This document shows, in pieces, positions 1-9,757 of a stretch of 64,000 nucleotides of DNA (position 1 is the stretch's first letter; every line of letters starts with the position of its first letter). The stretch is from an uncultured delta proteobacterium (GTDB lineage: Bacteria; Myxococcota; Myxococcia; Myxococcales; Anaeromyxobacteraceae). Under the pieces are notes generated by a model. It saw only the letters and a program-made list of their open reading frames with translations, was not told where the DNA came from and made no database searches. The stretch spans positions 224,001 through 288,000 of the forward strand of contig CAVYBH010000013.1 in assembly GCA_963766715.1 (NCBI GenBank), given 5' to 3'. Both the position numbers and the translations under genes were made by a program.

Positions 1-191
1 GTGGCGCGCAGGCCGCCCACCACCTGGTAGGTCTGGCCACCGCTCTTGAAGGGCGCGCCCTTCGGGGACGACTGGACCAGCGCCGCCCGGGCCTGGGGAG
101 CGAGCCCCTGCAGGCCCGGCGCCTGGCTCCACGCCGCGGCGGGGAGCACGAGAAGCAGCGAAGCGATCATCTTCCAGGTGCGGGAACCCAT
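1..191 (-). CDS. 5' part of an exported protein directly downstream of the S8 protease (runs off the window); possible external chaperone
   Basis: Hand translation from ATG 191: MGSRTWKMIASLLLVLPAAAWSQAPGLQG..., a signal peptide; purine-rich RBS GGAAGGGGAGAG; 13 bp after the protease stop. Confidence 0.65.
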   Translation of the reverse strand, partial: MGSRTWKMIASLLLVLPAAAWSQAPGLQGLAPQARAALVQSSPKGAPFKSGGQTYQVVGGLRA

Positions 192-204
192 GGCTCTCCC
201 CTTC

Positions 205-2539
205 CTAGTGTCCATAGACGCGGATCTTCCAGTCCACCAGGCTCCCCGTGTGGGCCGGAACCCCGTCCACCACCTTCAACGTCCAGGTCCCGGCCGCCGA
301 CTCTCCGTAGAACGCGTTGCTCGAAAGCACCATCTGGAACACGCCGCTCCCGGCCGCGAAGCCGTTCCGGATGGTGAGCAGCACGCTCCTCGTTCCCTGC
401 GGGCTGACGAGCTCGATGCCCAGGTCGCTCGGGCTGGGGTGCTGGGCCGTCACCTCGATCTGGACGGACTCGATGACCAGGTTCCTGGGCGTCGCCGGGA
501 CCGCGAGCGTGCTCGAGGCGCCCAGCGCGCTCGCGTCGGGGATGGGCAGGTTGAGCGCGGCGCTCGGCAGCCAGCCGCTGTTCGCGTACGTGCCCAGCGA
601 GCCCGGGACGAGCGACTGCGCCATGGCCACGGCGGCGTCCACGTCGACCCCGCCGAAACCGTACCAGTCGTGGAAGGCGTAGCCCGCCGCGTTCAACGTC
701 CAGGCCGGCTCCGCCACGTAGGGACCCCCGGCGAGGGTGTTGTCCACCAGCGCCGGGACGCCCGGGTCGACGCGCCGCGCGGTGCTGGCCAGCACGTGCT
801 TCACCTCCCGCCAGGTCAGCGAGGGCCGGGCGTCGAGGACGAGCGCGATGGCCCCGACGAGCGCCGGGGCCGCGGACGAGGTCCCGTTGAAGGTGTTCGT
901 GTAGTTGCACTGCCCGTTGGGCGACCCGCCGCCGTCGAAGGCGCTGTAGGGGGTGGCGGTCACCGAGTAGCCCACCCCGCAGCCGGTCTGGTCGGTCGTC
1001 ACCATGGCCGGCTGGAACACGTAGTCGGGGAACGGGAGATTGGTGACGGGGTTGATGGAACCGAACGTGGAGGCGTTCAGCCCGAACTCCCCGCCGGGCG
1101 CGCTCACCCAGATCGCCGAGTCCGGCGGTGGAGTAGCTGCTCCTCACGCCACTGGCGTTGAGCGCCCCGACCACGAGGTTGTACGGCAGCGTGTTCAAGC
1201 CCATCCATGCTGGCGTTCTGGCAGGAGACGCCGAGGTCCCTCGCGGGCTGGCAGACCGCTGGAGAGGCGGTCGGCCCGAAGCCGCGGAAGCCGTTCCCGG
1301 CCGACTTCACGTAGAGCGCACCCTTTCCGCCGCGCAGGTTGGTCACGCCGTCCAGGTACTGGGCCTCGAGGGTGGGGTCCGCGGCCGCGGGCGTGGTGTC
1401 GTCCGAGCCCCAGCTCTGGTTGAACACCGAGACGTCGGCCGAGGCCGGGTTCGCCGCCGAGCCGCCGAGGCTCCGGACGAAGCTCGAGACGCTCTGGTTG
1501 GTCCCGGGGGCGAGGACGTTGTAGCCGTTGAGCGACGCGCCCGGGCGCCACGCCCATGCCGCCCTTGGCGTTGCCGTAGACCATGGCGATGATGCCGCTC
1601 ACGCTCGTCCCGTGGTCTCCGTCGGTGACCGAGGGCGCCGGGGACGGATCGCTCGAGGCGGTCAGGAAGTTCCAGGAGCCATGGACCACGTTGGCGGCCA
1701 GGTCCTCGTGGGCAATCTCGAGGCCGGTGTCCACGACGCCCACCTTCACGCCCGCCCCGAGCCAGTCCCTGGCGGTAGGTGTTCGTGAGGGCAGGTCCAT
1801 CCCGGCCACGCCGCCCGTGTCGGCATAGCCGGTCTGCCCCGTGTTGCGCACGTACCACTGCTGCCCCGCCAGCGGATCGTTGGAGAGGTCCGGGCCGATG
1901 GGAACCCGCGGCGCGACGACGAGGGTCGAGCCTCCCTGCTTGCCGCTCAGCGATGCGCTCATCGCCACGTTGTCCGAAGGCGGCGCTGGCCGATGCACTG
2001 GCCAGGCCGGTCGCGTTGACGGTGACCGCGGCTGGATTTCCAGAAGACCACGCTGCGCGGGCCGTCACGTCCTCGGTCACGCCGTCGGCCCAGGTCGCGA
2101 TGGCGGTGAGCTGGCGCGTCCTGTCCTGGAAGATGTCGGCGGTCGCCGGCTGGACGGTGATGCTCGAGAGCGCCGGGAGCGACACGGTGGCCGTGGCCTG
2201 CCCCGTCACCGGGCTGACCGTCGCGGAGACGGTGGTCGTTCCCACGGCCTTGCCCGTCAGGGCGCCGGTCGCCGACACCGTGGCGACGGCGACCGTGGAG
2301 GAGACCCACGTGGCCTGCGCGGTCACGTCGGCGGTGCTCCCGTCCGAGTAGGTCCCCGTCGCCCGGAGCTGGAGCGCCGACCCGCGGGCCACCGAGACGG
2401 GTTGCGGACCGACGGCGATCGACGTGAGCGAGGGGGGCCCCGAGCTGCCTCCGCAGGCGGCGAGCGTCGCGGCGGCGAGGAGCCCGACGAGGAGCCCGGC
2501 GAGGAAGGTTCGGGCGGGAGCGCGATTGGTTCGACCCAT
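205..2539 (-). CDS. Lipoprotein with two Ig-like (Big_2) domains, a kexin/ASP-like S8 serine protease domain and a P domain (frameshifted)
   Basis: Lipobox LAAC-GG; Big_2 repeats (LTSIAVGP..ATGTYSDGST..VT..ATW.SS); catalytic motifs VVDTG, HGTSV, KSAGN, NGTSSAAP; C-terminal P domain (HPSPSDL.IEL.SPQGT, GTWTLKVVD); spread over several frames. Confidence 0.88.
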
Positions 2540-2675
2540 CGATGTGGCCTCCGGCTGCTCGTCCAGGTGGATCGGGCCCGAGCGCCTACCCGGGAAGGGG
2601 GGGGTCGCGCGGCGTTTCTTGGCTTATCGGGTCAGGTTATCCCGTGCCAGCCATCTTCCGGGAGGGGGAATCTCG

Positions 2676-3867
2676 ATGCGACATGCAACAATCATCGGCC
2701 TGGCCTCGCTCACCCTCGCCGGCTGCGAGACGGCCCGGGTGGCGACGAACATCGCCACCAGCCGGAATCCGCAGCAGGCGATGAACGATACCCTGAAGCA
2801 GCGCGGAGACGAGTACCTCCGCAACCCGGAGGCCGTGATCCGGGACGCCGGGATGCTGAAGCGGGACTACGACCGGGTCGTCGGCCTGCTCACCGGGGAG
2901 GTGAAGAAGACCTGGGGAGAGAAGGAGGTCAAGCTCCCCTCGCGAACGCACTACGTGAAGTACACGCAGAGCTACATGAGCCGCGCCGACGTCGACTTCG
3001 ACGCCGGGACCGTCCTGGTCGAGACGGTGGACGCGGCCGACCCGCGCGCCAGCCTGCGCGCCGCGCTGATCACCACGCTGCTCACGCCCGACGATCCCCG
3101 CTCGGTCGACCTCTTCAGCGACCGGCCGGTGACGCTCACCGGCGACCGGAAGCCCTACCTCCAGGGGCTGGTGGTCGACTCGACCGGCCGCGCGGTGACC
3201 ACCCCGGCGGACGCGGAGGCCTTCGCCGACGCCGCGATGGCGCGCACCTCGAGCCGGACGGTCGAGATGCAGGACGGCAGGAAGACCGCACTCTTCGTGA
3301 AATTCCCCATGGTCGCGAACTTCCAGAACAGGCAGGCCGAGAAGTACCGGACCGTGGTGACCCGGGTGTCCCAGCAGTACGGGGTGAGCCCGAGCCTCGT
3401 GTACGCGGTCATCAAGGTGGAGAGCAACTTCAACCCCTTCGCGGTGAGCTCGGCCCCGGCCTACGGAATGATGCAGCTCGTGCCCACCAGCGGCGGGCGC
3501 GAGGCCTACAAGCGGGTGCGCGGGATCGACGAGCCGCCCACCCGCGAGTACCTCTTCGACGCGGAGAGCAACATCGAGCTGGGAACCGCCTACCTGAGCG
3601 TGCTGTCCTCCAGCCAGCTGAACAAGGTGACGAGCCCGCTGTCGCGGGAGTACTGCGTGATCGCGGCCTACAACACCGGGCCCGGGCAACGTGACCAAGG
3701 CCTTCGCCAAGGACCGGACGGCCGCCTGGAACGCCATCAACGGGATGCAGCCGCCCGCGGTCTACGAGCGGCTGCGGACCCAGCTCCCGTACGAGGAGAC
3801 GCGCCAGTACGTCGTGAAGGTGGTCCAGTCGCGGAAGCAGTTCGTGAGCCGGCTCCCCGAGGGGTAG
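2676..3867 (+). CDS. mltC: Membrane-bound lytic murein transglycosylase C (DUF3393 + SLT), frameshift near 3685
   Basis: Lipobox LAGC; YVKYT..Y.SR; IKVESNFNPFAVS.APAYGMMQLVP..GG; IAAYNTG; continues LPYEETRQYV after the frameshift. Confidence 0.85.
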
Positions 3868-3887
3868 CGCGCGGCGGGAGAGGGGCC

Positions 3888-4742
3888 TCAGATCCGGATC
3901 GTCCCCCGCCCCAGCTCCACCACGTCGCCGGCGACGTGGATGCGCCGGGCGTCGTCGACCTCGAGCAGGAGGCGCGACGGGCGGCCCACCCGGGCGCCCT
4001 GGGAGACCGCGCGCCGCGCGGGCAGCGGTTCCCCGGTGGCGAGGATCCAGCCGCCCAGGTTGGCGCACGCCGATCCCGTGGCCGGGTCCTCGGCCACGCC
4101 GCCGCCCGCGACGAAGAAGAAGCGGGCCTCCACCTCCTCCGGACCGGCCGGCGCGAAGACGTAGGCCATGACCTCCCCACCGCTGCGTGCGACGCCGTGG
4201 CGGGCGAGCAGCGCCGGGTCGGGGCGCGCCGCGCGGACCTCGTCGACGCTCCGGAGCGGCACCACGAGCTGCTCGGCGCCGGTGTCCACCCAGAGCGGGC
4301 GGGAGACGCTCCCGGGCGGCAGGCCGACCATGGCCGCCAGCTCGTCGGGGCTCGCGTCGGGGACCCGCACCTCGGGAGCCTTCGGGGCGCGGAGCCGCCA
4401 GCGGTCTCCCTCGGCGTTCACCTCGACGAGGCCTGCCGCCATCTCGAGCGTCACCCGGTCGCCGGCGCCTGCCAGGGCGCGCACGACGTGGGCCGTCCCC
4501 AGCGTGGGATGGCCGGCGAAGGGCATCTCGAAGTCGGGCGTGAAGATGCGGACCCTGGCCGTGGCGCCGGGCCGCCCGGGCGGGAGGAGAAAGGTCGTCT
4601 CGGAGAGGTTGAACTGGCGCGCCAGGGCCTGCATGCGCTCGGCGGCCAGGGCGCTTCCGTCCTCGAAGACGCAGAGCGGGTTGCCGGAGAGGCGATCGTC
4701 ACCGACCGTGAACACGTTGAGCAGGCGGTAGGCGAGTTCCAT
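3888..4742 (-). CDS. PhzF family epimerase/isomerase
   Basis: NVFT..GNP, NLSETTF, RIFTP..EMPFAGHPTLG, EDPATGSA motifs. Confidence 0.92.
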   Translation of the reverse strand: MELAYRLLNVFTVGDDRLSGNPLCVFEDGSALAAERMQALARQFNLSETTFLLPPGRPGATARVRIFTPDFEMPFAGHPTLGTAHVVRALAGAGDRVTLEMAAGLVEVNAEGDRWRLRAPKAPEVRVPDASPDELAAMVGLPPGSVSRPLWVDTGAEQLVVPLRSVDEVRAARPDPALLARHGVARSGGEVMAYVFAPAGPEEVEARFFFVAGGGVAEDPATGSACANLGGWILATGEPLPARRAVSQGARVGRPSRLLLEVDDARRIHVAGDVVELGRGTIRI

Positions 4743-4958
4743 GGCAGCTCCCGGCCCGTCAGTGTAGCCGGACCGCGACGAGGGGACGTGGCGAGATCCT
4801 CGCCGCCGTCCTCCTCACGGGGGTCCTCGCGCGGACGGGCGCCAGGCGCCTCCTGGACGCGAACGTCAAGCAGATAATCCCCCGTGATCGACGAGATCTT
4901 GAGCCGCGTCTGGCCGGTTCGCACCGGGCCGGTACGCCGGGGGGTCCTGGTCCCGGGC

Positions 4959-4987
4959 TCGACTCCTGCCTCCAAACGGGATACACA
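4959..4987 (+). promoter_or_regulatory. Putative sigma70 promoter of the csp gene
   Basis: TCGACT-N17-TACACA about 75 bp upstream of the ATG. Confidence 0.35.
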
Positions 4988-5063
4988 CCGGTACCCCTTC
5001 CCCATCCGGGAAGGCCCTGACGGCGGTCTTCGTCGCCAGTGAATGGAAAAGAGCAAGAACGAA

Positions 5064-5267
5064 ATGGCTACCGGTACCGTGAAGTGGTTCAACGACGCGA
5101 AGGGCTTCGGCTTCATCACTCAGGACGGCGGCGGCGAGGATGTCTTCTGCCACCACACCGCCATCCAGGCCAACGGGTTCCGCACCCTGGCCGAGGGCCA
5201 GAAGGTGGAGTTCGACGTCACCAAGGGCCCCAAGGGCCTGCAGGCGGCGAACGTCCGTCCCGTCTGA
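5064..5267 (+). CDS. cspA: Cold-shock protein (CSD)
   Basis: [40 protein letters not shown]. Confidence 0.97.
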   Translation: MATGTVKWFNDAKGFGFITQDGGGEDVFCHHTAIQANGFRTLAEGQKVEFDVTKGPKGLQAANVRPV

Positions 5268-5288
5268 GCCGCTTCTAGAACGGCTCCG

Positions 5289-5321
5289 GAGCCCGGTCCG
5301 AAAGGGCCGGGCTCTTTGTTT
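5289..5321 (+). terminator. Rho-independent terminator after csp
   Basis: GAGCCCGGTCC-GAAA-GGGCCGGGCTC followed by TTTGTTT. Confidence 0.85.
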
Positions 5322-5344
5322 GTGCGCCGCACGCGGCGCGCGTC

Positions 5345-6229
5345 TCAGTCGCGTGCGCCGAAGGTGTCGCAGGCGTCGATGCGCCCGGTCTCCAGGCCCC
5401 GCCGGAACCACTCGCTCCGCTGCGCCGACGTCCCGTGGGTGAAGCTCTCCGGGGAGACGCGCCCCGTCGCCGCCTTCTGCAGCCGGTCGTCGCCCACCGC
5501 CGCCGCGGCGCGGAGTCCCGCCTCGAGGTCGCCCGGGTCGAGCAGCTGGCGCCCCTGCGCCGAGCGGGCCCACACCCCGGCCAGGCAGTCGGCCTGGAGC
5601 TCCATCTTCACCGAGAGCGAATTGCGGATCCCGGGGTTGCGGCGCTGCGCCTCGCGGACCTTGGGCTCGATGCCCAGCACGTTCTGCAGGTGGTGGCCGA
5701 CCTCGTGGGCGATGACGTAGGCCTGCGCGAACTCGCCGGGCGCGCCGAACCGGGTGGCCAGCTCCCGGTAGAAGCCGAGGTCGATGTAGACCTTCTCGTC
5801 CGCAGGGCAATAGAACGGCCCCATCTCCGCGCCGGCCTGTCCGCAGCCGGAGCGGGTCTGGTCCCAGAACAGCACGAGCTTCGCGTCGCGATAGCCGCCG
5901 GCGCTCCGCGCGAGCGCCTTCTCCCAGGTCCGCTGCGCGTCGTTGAAGGCCGAGACCGCGGTGGCCTCCAGCTTCTGCTCGGCGGCGGCCCGCCGCTCGG
6001 CCTGCTGGGGAGACGGGCCCTGTCCTCCGGCCGCCACGGGCGCGCCGGCCGGCGCCGCGCCCAGGTCCGCGAAGAGATCGCGCCCGAACAGGACGGAGAG
6101 GGCCAGCACCACGACGGTTCCGCCCAGCCCGAGCCGGACGCCGCGCCCGCCCATCGGAACCCCGAAGCCCGACGCCTGGCCGCGCCGGTCCTCCACGTTG
6201 CTGCGATCGCCGTCGTCCCCGAGCCTCAT
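5345..6229 (-). CDS. Neutral zinc metallopeptidase (YpfJ family)
   Basis: SNVEDRRG, GPFYCPAD.KVYIDL, AYVIAHEVGHH.Q, ELQADC.AG, SFTHGTS.QR. Confidence 0.93.
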   Translation of the reverse strand: MRLGDDGDRSNVEDRRGQASGFGVPMGGRGVRLGLGGTVVVLALSVLFGRDLFADLGAAPAGAPVAAGGQGPSPQQAERRAAAEQKLEATAVSAFNDAQRTWEKALARSAGGYRDAKLVLFWDQTRSGCGQAGAEMGPFYCPADEKVYIDLGFYRELATRFGAPGEFAQAYVIAHEVGHHLQNVLGIEPKVREAQRRNPGIRNSLSVKMELQADCLAGVWARSAQGRQLLDPGDLEAGLRAAAAVGDDRLQKAATGRVSPESFTHGTSAQRSEWFRRGLETGRIDACDTFGARD

Positions 6230-6331
6230 GCATCCCTCCCGAACCGGCTTCTTATCGCGGCGGCGCTCCGCCGTCCGGCCGGGCACCCATTCCGGGCTTC
6301 GGCGCCCGAATCGATCACACGATCTTCCCCG

Positions 6332-6362
6332 TCGTGCTACGGTCGCGCCTTTCGTAGCACGA
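6332..6362. promoter_or_regulatory. Perfect palindrome, putative NikR operator, upstream of the Ni/Co ECF operon
   Basis: TCGTGCTACG-N11-CGTAGCACGA (= GTGCTAC-N13-GTAGCAC), about 20 bp before the first ATG. Confidence 0.75.
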
Positions 6363-6380
6363 TCGGGGGCACGGTCTCAG

Positions 6381-7100
6381 ATGGCGCCGTGGAAGGTCCT
6401 TGGGTCCGTCGTCGCGGGGGCCATCCTCGCGGCCTGCCTGGCCGTTCCGGCTGGCGCTCGCGCCCACGACCTCTGGCTGGAGCCGCAGGGCGGCGTGCTC
6501 GTCCTCCGGTACGGCCACCGCGGCGGCGAGGTCCTCGACCTCGACGCTGGCCAAGGTCAAGGTCGTCCAGTGCCGCGACGGGGCGGGGCCGCCCCGGCGA
6601 CGTCCGCGGCAGCTCCGACGGCGGGCCCGAAGGAGCTGCGCACCCCGTCGCGCTGCGACGCGGCGAGCGCCTTCCTCGACGGCGGCTTCTGGTCGCTCAC
6701 CCCGGACGGCGAGCGGAACCTGCCCAGGAACGCGGTGCCCGACGCGGTGCGCTCCTGGCAGTCGAGGCAGTTCGCGAAGTGGATCGACGTCCGATCGCCG
6801 GCGGCAGGCTCGCCGCTCGGCGCCGAGCTGGAGATCGTGCCGGTGAGCGACCTCTCGCGCGTCCGGCAGGGCGACAAGGCCACCTTCCGCGTGCTCTGGC
6901 AGGGCAAGCCGGTGGCCGGCGCCATCCTCGCCATCGACCACAGGCCGCTCGGCGAGACCGACGCGGCCGGCGAGTGCCGGGTGAAGGTTCGCGCCGCGGA
7001 GGTGGAGTCGGTGAGCGCCACCCTGAAGCGGCCGCTGGGCACGCCCGAGGCCGACACGCTCGTGGCCGAGGCCAGCCTGACCTTCGGGGTCGCGCGGTGA
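6381..7100 (+). CDS. DUF4198 family periplasmic Ni/Co uptake protein
   Basis: Signal peptide ending ARA-HDLWLEP, YGH, LEIVP..D, RVLWQGKPV.GA, TDA.G; probable compensating indels near 6550-6600. Confidence 0.8.
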   Translation: MAPWKVLGSVVAGAILAACLAVPAGARAHDLWLEPQGGVLVLRYGHRGGEVLDLDAGQGQGRPVPRRGGAAPATSAAAPTAGPKELRTPSRCDAASAFLDGGFWSLTPDGERNLPRNAVPDAVRSWQSRQFAKWIDVRSPAAGSPLGAELEIVPVSDLSRVRQGDKATFRVLWQGKPVAGAILAIDHRPLGETDAAGECRVKVRAAEVESVSATLKRPLGTPEADTLVAEASLTFGVAR

Positions 7101-7549
7101 GGCGCACCCACGTCCTCGTCGCGCTCGCGCTCCTGGGAGCCTCCTCGGCGGCGGTCGCGCACGAGGTCCTGCACGAGGTCCAGCGCGGCCGCGCGGTGGC
7201 CGTGCGTGCCTGGTTCCCGGATGGAGAGAGCCTCGCCTACGTCCAGGCCGAGGTCTTCTCGCCTGCCGACGGGAAGATCCCCTACTGGAAGGGGCGCACC
7301 GACCGGAACGGCTGGCTCGCCTTCGTGCCCGACGTCCCGGGAAAGTGGCGCGTGCGCATCTTCGACGCGACGGGGCACGGGCTCGACACCCAGGTCGACG
7401 TGGCGGCGCCCGGTGCGGCCGGGGCGTCGTCCGACCCGGCGCCGGGAACGGGCGTGGCGGCCCTCGCGATCCGCCCGATCGCCGGGGTCGCGCTCATCGC
7501 CGCGCTCTTCGGCTTCCTCTACCTCCGCGGAAGGCGGAAGCGGCCATGA
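7097..7549 (+). CDS. NikL/CbiL-like accessory protein with a C-terminal TM helix
   Basis: GTGA overlap with the upstream stop; signal peptide then AHEV..; GRTDRNG..AFVPD.PG.WRV...D.TGH. Confidence 0.75.
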   Translation: MRRTHVLVALALLGASSAAVAHEVLHEVQRGRAVAVRAWFPDGESLAYVQAEVFSPADGKIPYWKGRTDRNGWLAFVPDVPGKWRVRIFDATGHGLDTQVDVAAPGAAGASSDPAPGTGVAALAIRPIAGVALIAALFGFLYLRGRRKRP

Positions 7550-8567
7550 CCCGCTCCCGGCTCCCGCTGCGCGCGCTGGGCCTCGTGGCGCCCTCGCCGG
7601 CGCCCTCGCCGCGCCCGTCGTGGCCCGCGCCCACCACGGCGGCGCGGCCGTCGGCATGGCCGGTCCGGAAGGTCCGGGCGCAGCCATCGAGACCAGCTCA
7701 CCCCTGCCGCTGCCGCAGGGCGCCCTCTTTCTCATGGTGAAGTCGGAGTACGTTCCCTTCCGGCAGTACGAGTTCGCCCAGCCCACCAACAAGGTCTATT
7801 CCCTCTTCGACACGCTGGTGACGGGCTACGGGATCACCCCCTGGCTCTCCGGCTACCTCTTCCTCCCCTACAACGTGAAGTCGCAGGACGGCGTGGGCAC
7901 GAACGTCGGCTTCGGCGACCCCGGGCTCTACGTGAACCTCGCCTTCAAGTACGACGAGGGCTTCCGGCTGGCGCCGGCGAAGGAGAGCCTCGACGAGCTC
8001 ATGGACTGGCACTTCTCGGTGTTCGGGTACGCGACCGTGCCGATGGGTCCCACCGTGTCGGTCACCCATGCCGGCGAGTGGTACGCACCGGACATGCAGA
8101 CCGGCTTCGGGTCTCCCAGCTTCCAGGTCGGAGTCGCCGCCGAGAAGCAGCTCTCCGCCGACTTCACCTGGCTCGCCGATGCGAGCTACCAGTACTTCCT
8201 CCCCCACACCTATCCGTTCACCCGCTACCAGTTCGGGGCCGAATCGCGGGTGAACACCGCCGTCGCCTGGCGGGCCGTCGCCTCGACCGGGTTCCGGCTC
8301 GACCTGGCCGGCGAGGTGAACCTCCTCCACATCCAGCGCGACGAGGAGCGGGACGCCGCCGGGGCGATGGAGCCCCTCCAGGCCTCGGGCGGGACGATCC
8401 TCTATGCGGGCCTCGGCGTGCGGACGTACGTCGGACGCTTCTCCGCGGCGCTCGCCGCCCGGACCTCCTTCGCCCGGTGGCTCAACGAGCGCGCCGCCCA
8501 GCAGGGCTCCGAGGGGCTCGAATGGGTCCGCGTCGCCCTCACCCTCTCCTGCGTGCTGCCCATCTAG
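7546..8567 (+). CDS. Putative outer-membrane beta-barrel 'transporter' (COG4313-like), frameshift near 7590
   Basis: ATGA overlap; mature N-terminus AHHGG; YGITPWLS, GFGD.GL, amphipathic strands. Confidence 0.65.
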
Positions 8568-8570
8568 CCC

Positions 8571-9203
8571 ATGCACGTGCCCGACGGATTCCTCTCCCCG
8601 GTGGTCACGCTTCCCGCGTGGGGCGTGGCCGCTCCGCTCTGGTACTGGTCGGTGAAGCGGAACTTCGGCGCGTCGTCCACCGATTCGCTTCCGGTGGTCG
8701 GCGCCCTCACGGCGCTCGCCTTCGTCGTGCAGAGCATCATGATCCCCGTGCCCGGCGGGACCTCGGCGCACCTGACCGGCATCGCCATCCTGGCCTTCCT
8801 GTACAACCCCGGCGTGGCCTTCGTCTGCGAGTCGCTGGTGCTCCTCCTCCAGTCCCTCTTCTTCGGGGCGGGCGGCTTCACCGTGCTGGGGGTGAACGCG
8901 CTCGCCATGGGGCTCGTCGGGCCGGGAACGGCCTGGCTGGTCCACCGCGCGCTGCGCCGGCCGTGGCCGCGCCTGGCCGCGTTCGCCGGCGCGTACGCGG
9001 GAATCCAGGCGGCGACCCTCACCGTGGCGCTCGTGCTCGGGCTGCAGCACCACCTCTCGAGCGACTACATGCCCGTGCCCCTCCCGGTCCTGCTCACGGC
9101 CATGATGGCGCCCAGCCTGACCGTCGTCGGCGTCGTCGAGGGTCTCTACACCGTGGCGACCCTGTCCCTGCTCCGGAGGGCGAAGCTCCTTGCGACTCCC
9201 TGA
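8571..9203 (+). CDS. nikM: ECF Ni/Co transporter S component NikM/CbiM
   Basis: N-terminal MHVPDGFL; PVPGGTSAHLTG; QSLFFGAGG.T.LGVN. Confidence 0.92.
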   Translation: MHVPDGFLSPVVTLPAWGVAAPLWYWSVKRNFGASSTDSLPVVGALTALAFVVQSIMIPVPGGTSAHLTGIAILAFLYNPGVAFVCESLVLLLQSLFFGAGGFTVLGVNALAMGLVGPGTAWLVHRALRRPWPRLAAFAGAYAGIQAATLTVALVLGLQHHLSSDYMPVPLPVLLTAMMAPSLTVVGVVEGLYTVATLSLLRRAKLLATP

Positions 9204-9757
9204 ACCTCGAAGGAGCCAGGCCATCCTGGCCGCCTGGGCCGTGTCGATCTTCGCGCTCTCGGCGCTTGACCGGTCTCGCCGCGCTCGCGCTCGCCTCGGC
9301 CGCGGCGCTCCTCCTCTTCCGGCGAGGCGCCCCGCGCGAACTGCGCCGGGTGGCGGTGACGGTCGTCCCTCTCACCCTCGGCCTCTCGCTCGCCTCCTGG
9401 GCCTGGCTGTCCTTCCTGGGGCGCCCGGCGCCCTTGACGCCGTTCGCGTCCCTCTCGCTCCGATCCGCGCTCATCGCCTTCGTCACCTTCTCGGTGCTGC
9501 GCCGGGTGGATCTGCTGCGCGCCGCGGCGCCCTTCCCGACGGCGTCCCGCCTCCTCGTCCTCTGCCTCGCCCAGGTCCACGCCCTGCGCCTGCTCGCGAC
9601 CGAGTCGGCGCTCGGGCTGCGGAGCCGGCTCCCGCGACGCCCGGGGACCCTCGACGTCGTCCGCGGCTCGGGCGCGGTCACCGTCGCCCTCCTCAGCCTG
9701 TCCGCCCGGAACGCCCGGGACATCGGCGACGCCATGCGGTCGAGGGGGTTCGAGTGA
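9190..9757 (+). CDS. nikQ: ECF T component NikQ/CbiQ-like (short, frameshift near 9265)
   Basis: Hydrophobic; LRSR and C-terminal AMRSRGF coupling motifs; lies between nikM and the ATPase. Confidence 0.75.

Noticed and set aside
4884..5042. Small ORF (VIDEILSRVWP...) upstream of csp
   Set aside because: No RBS or recognisable motif, and it overlaps the likely csp promoter and leader
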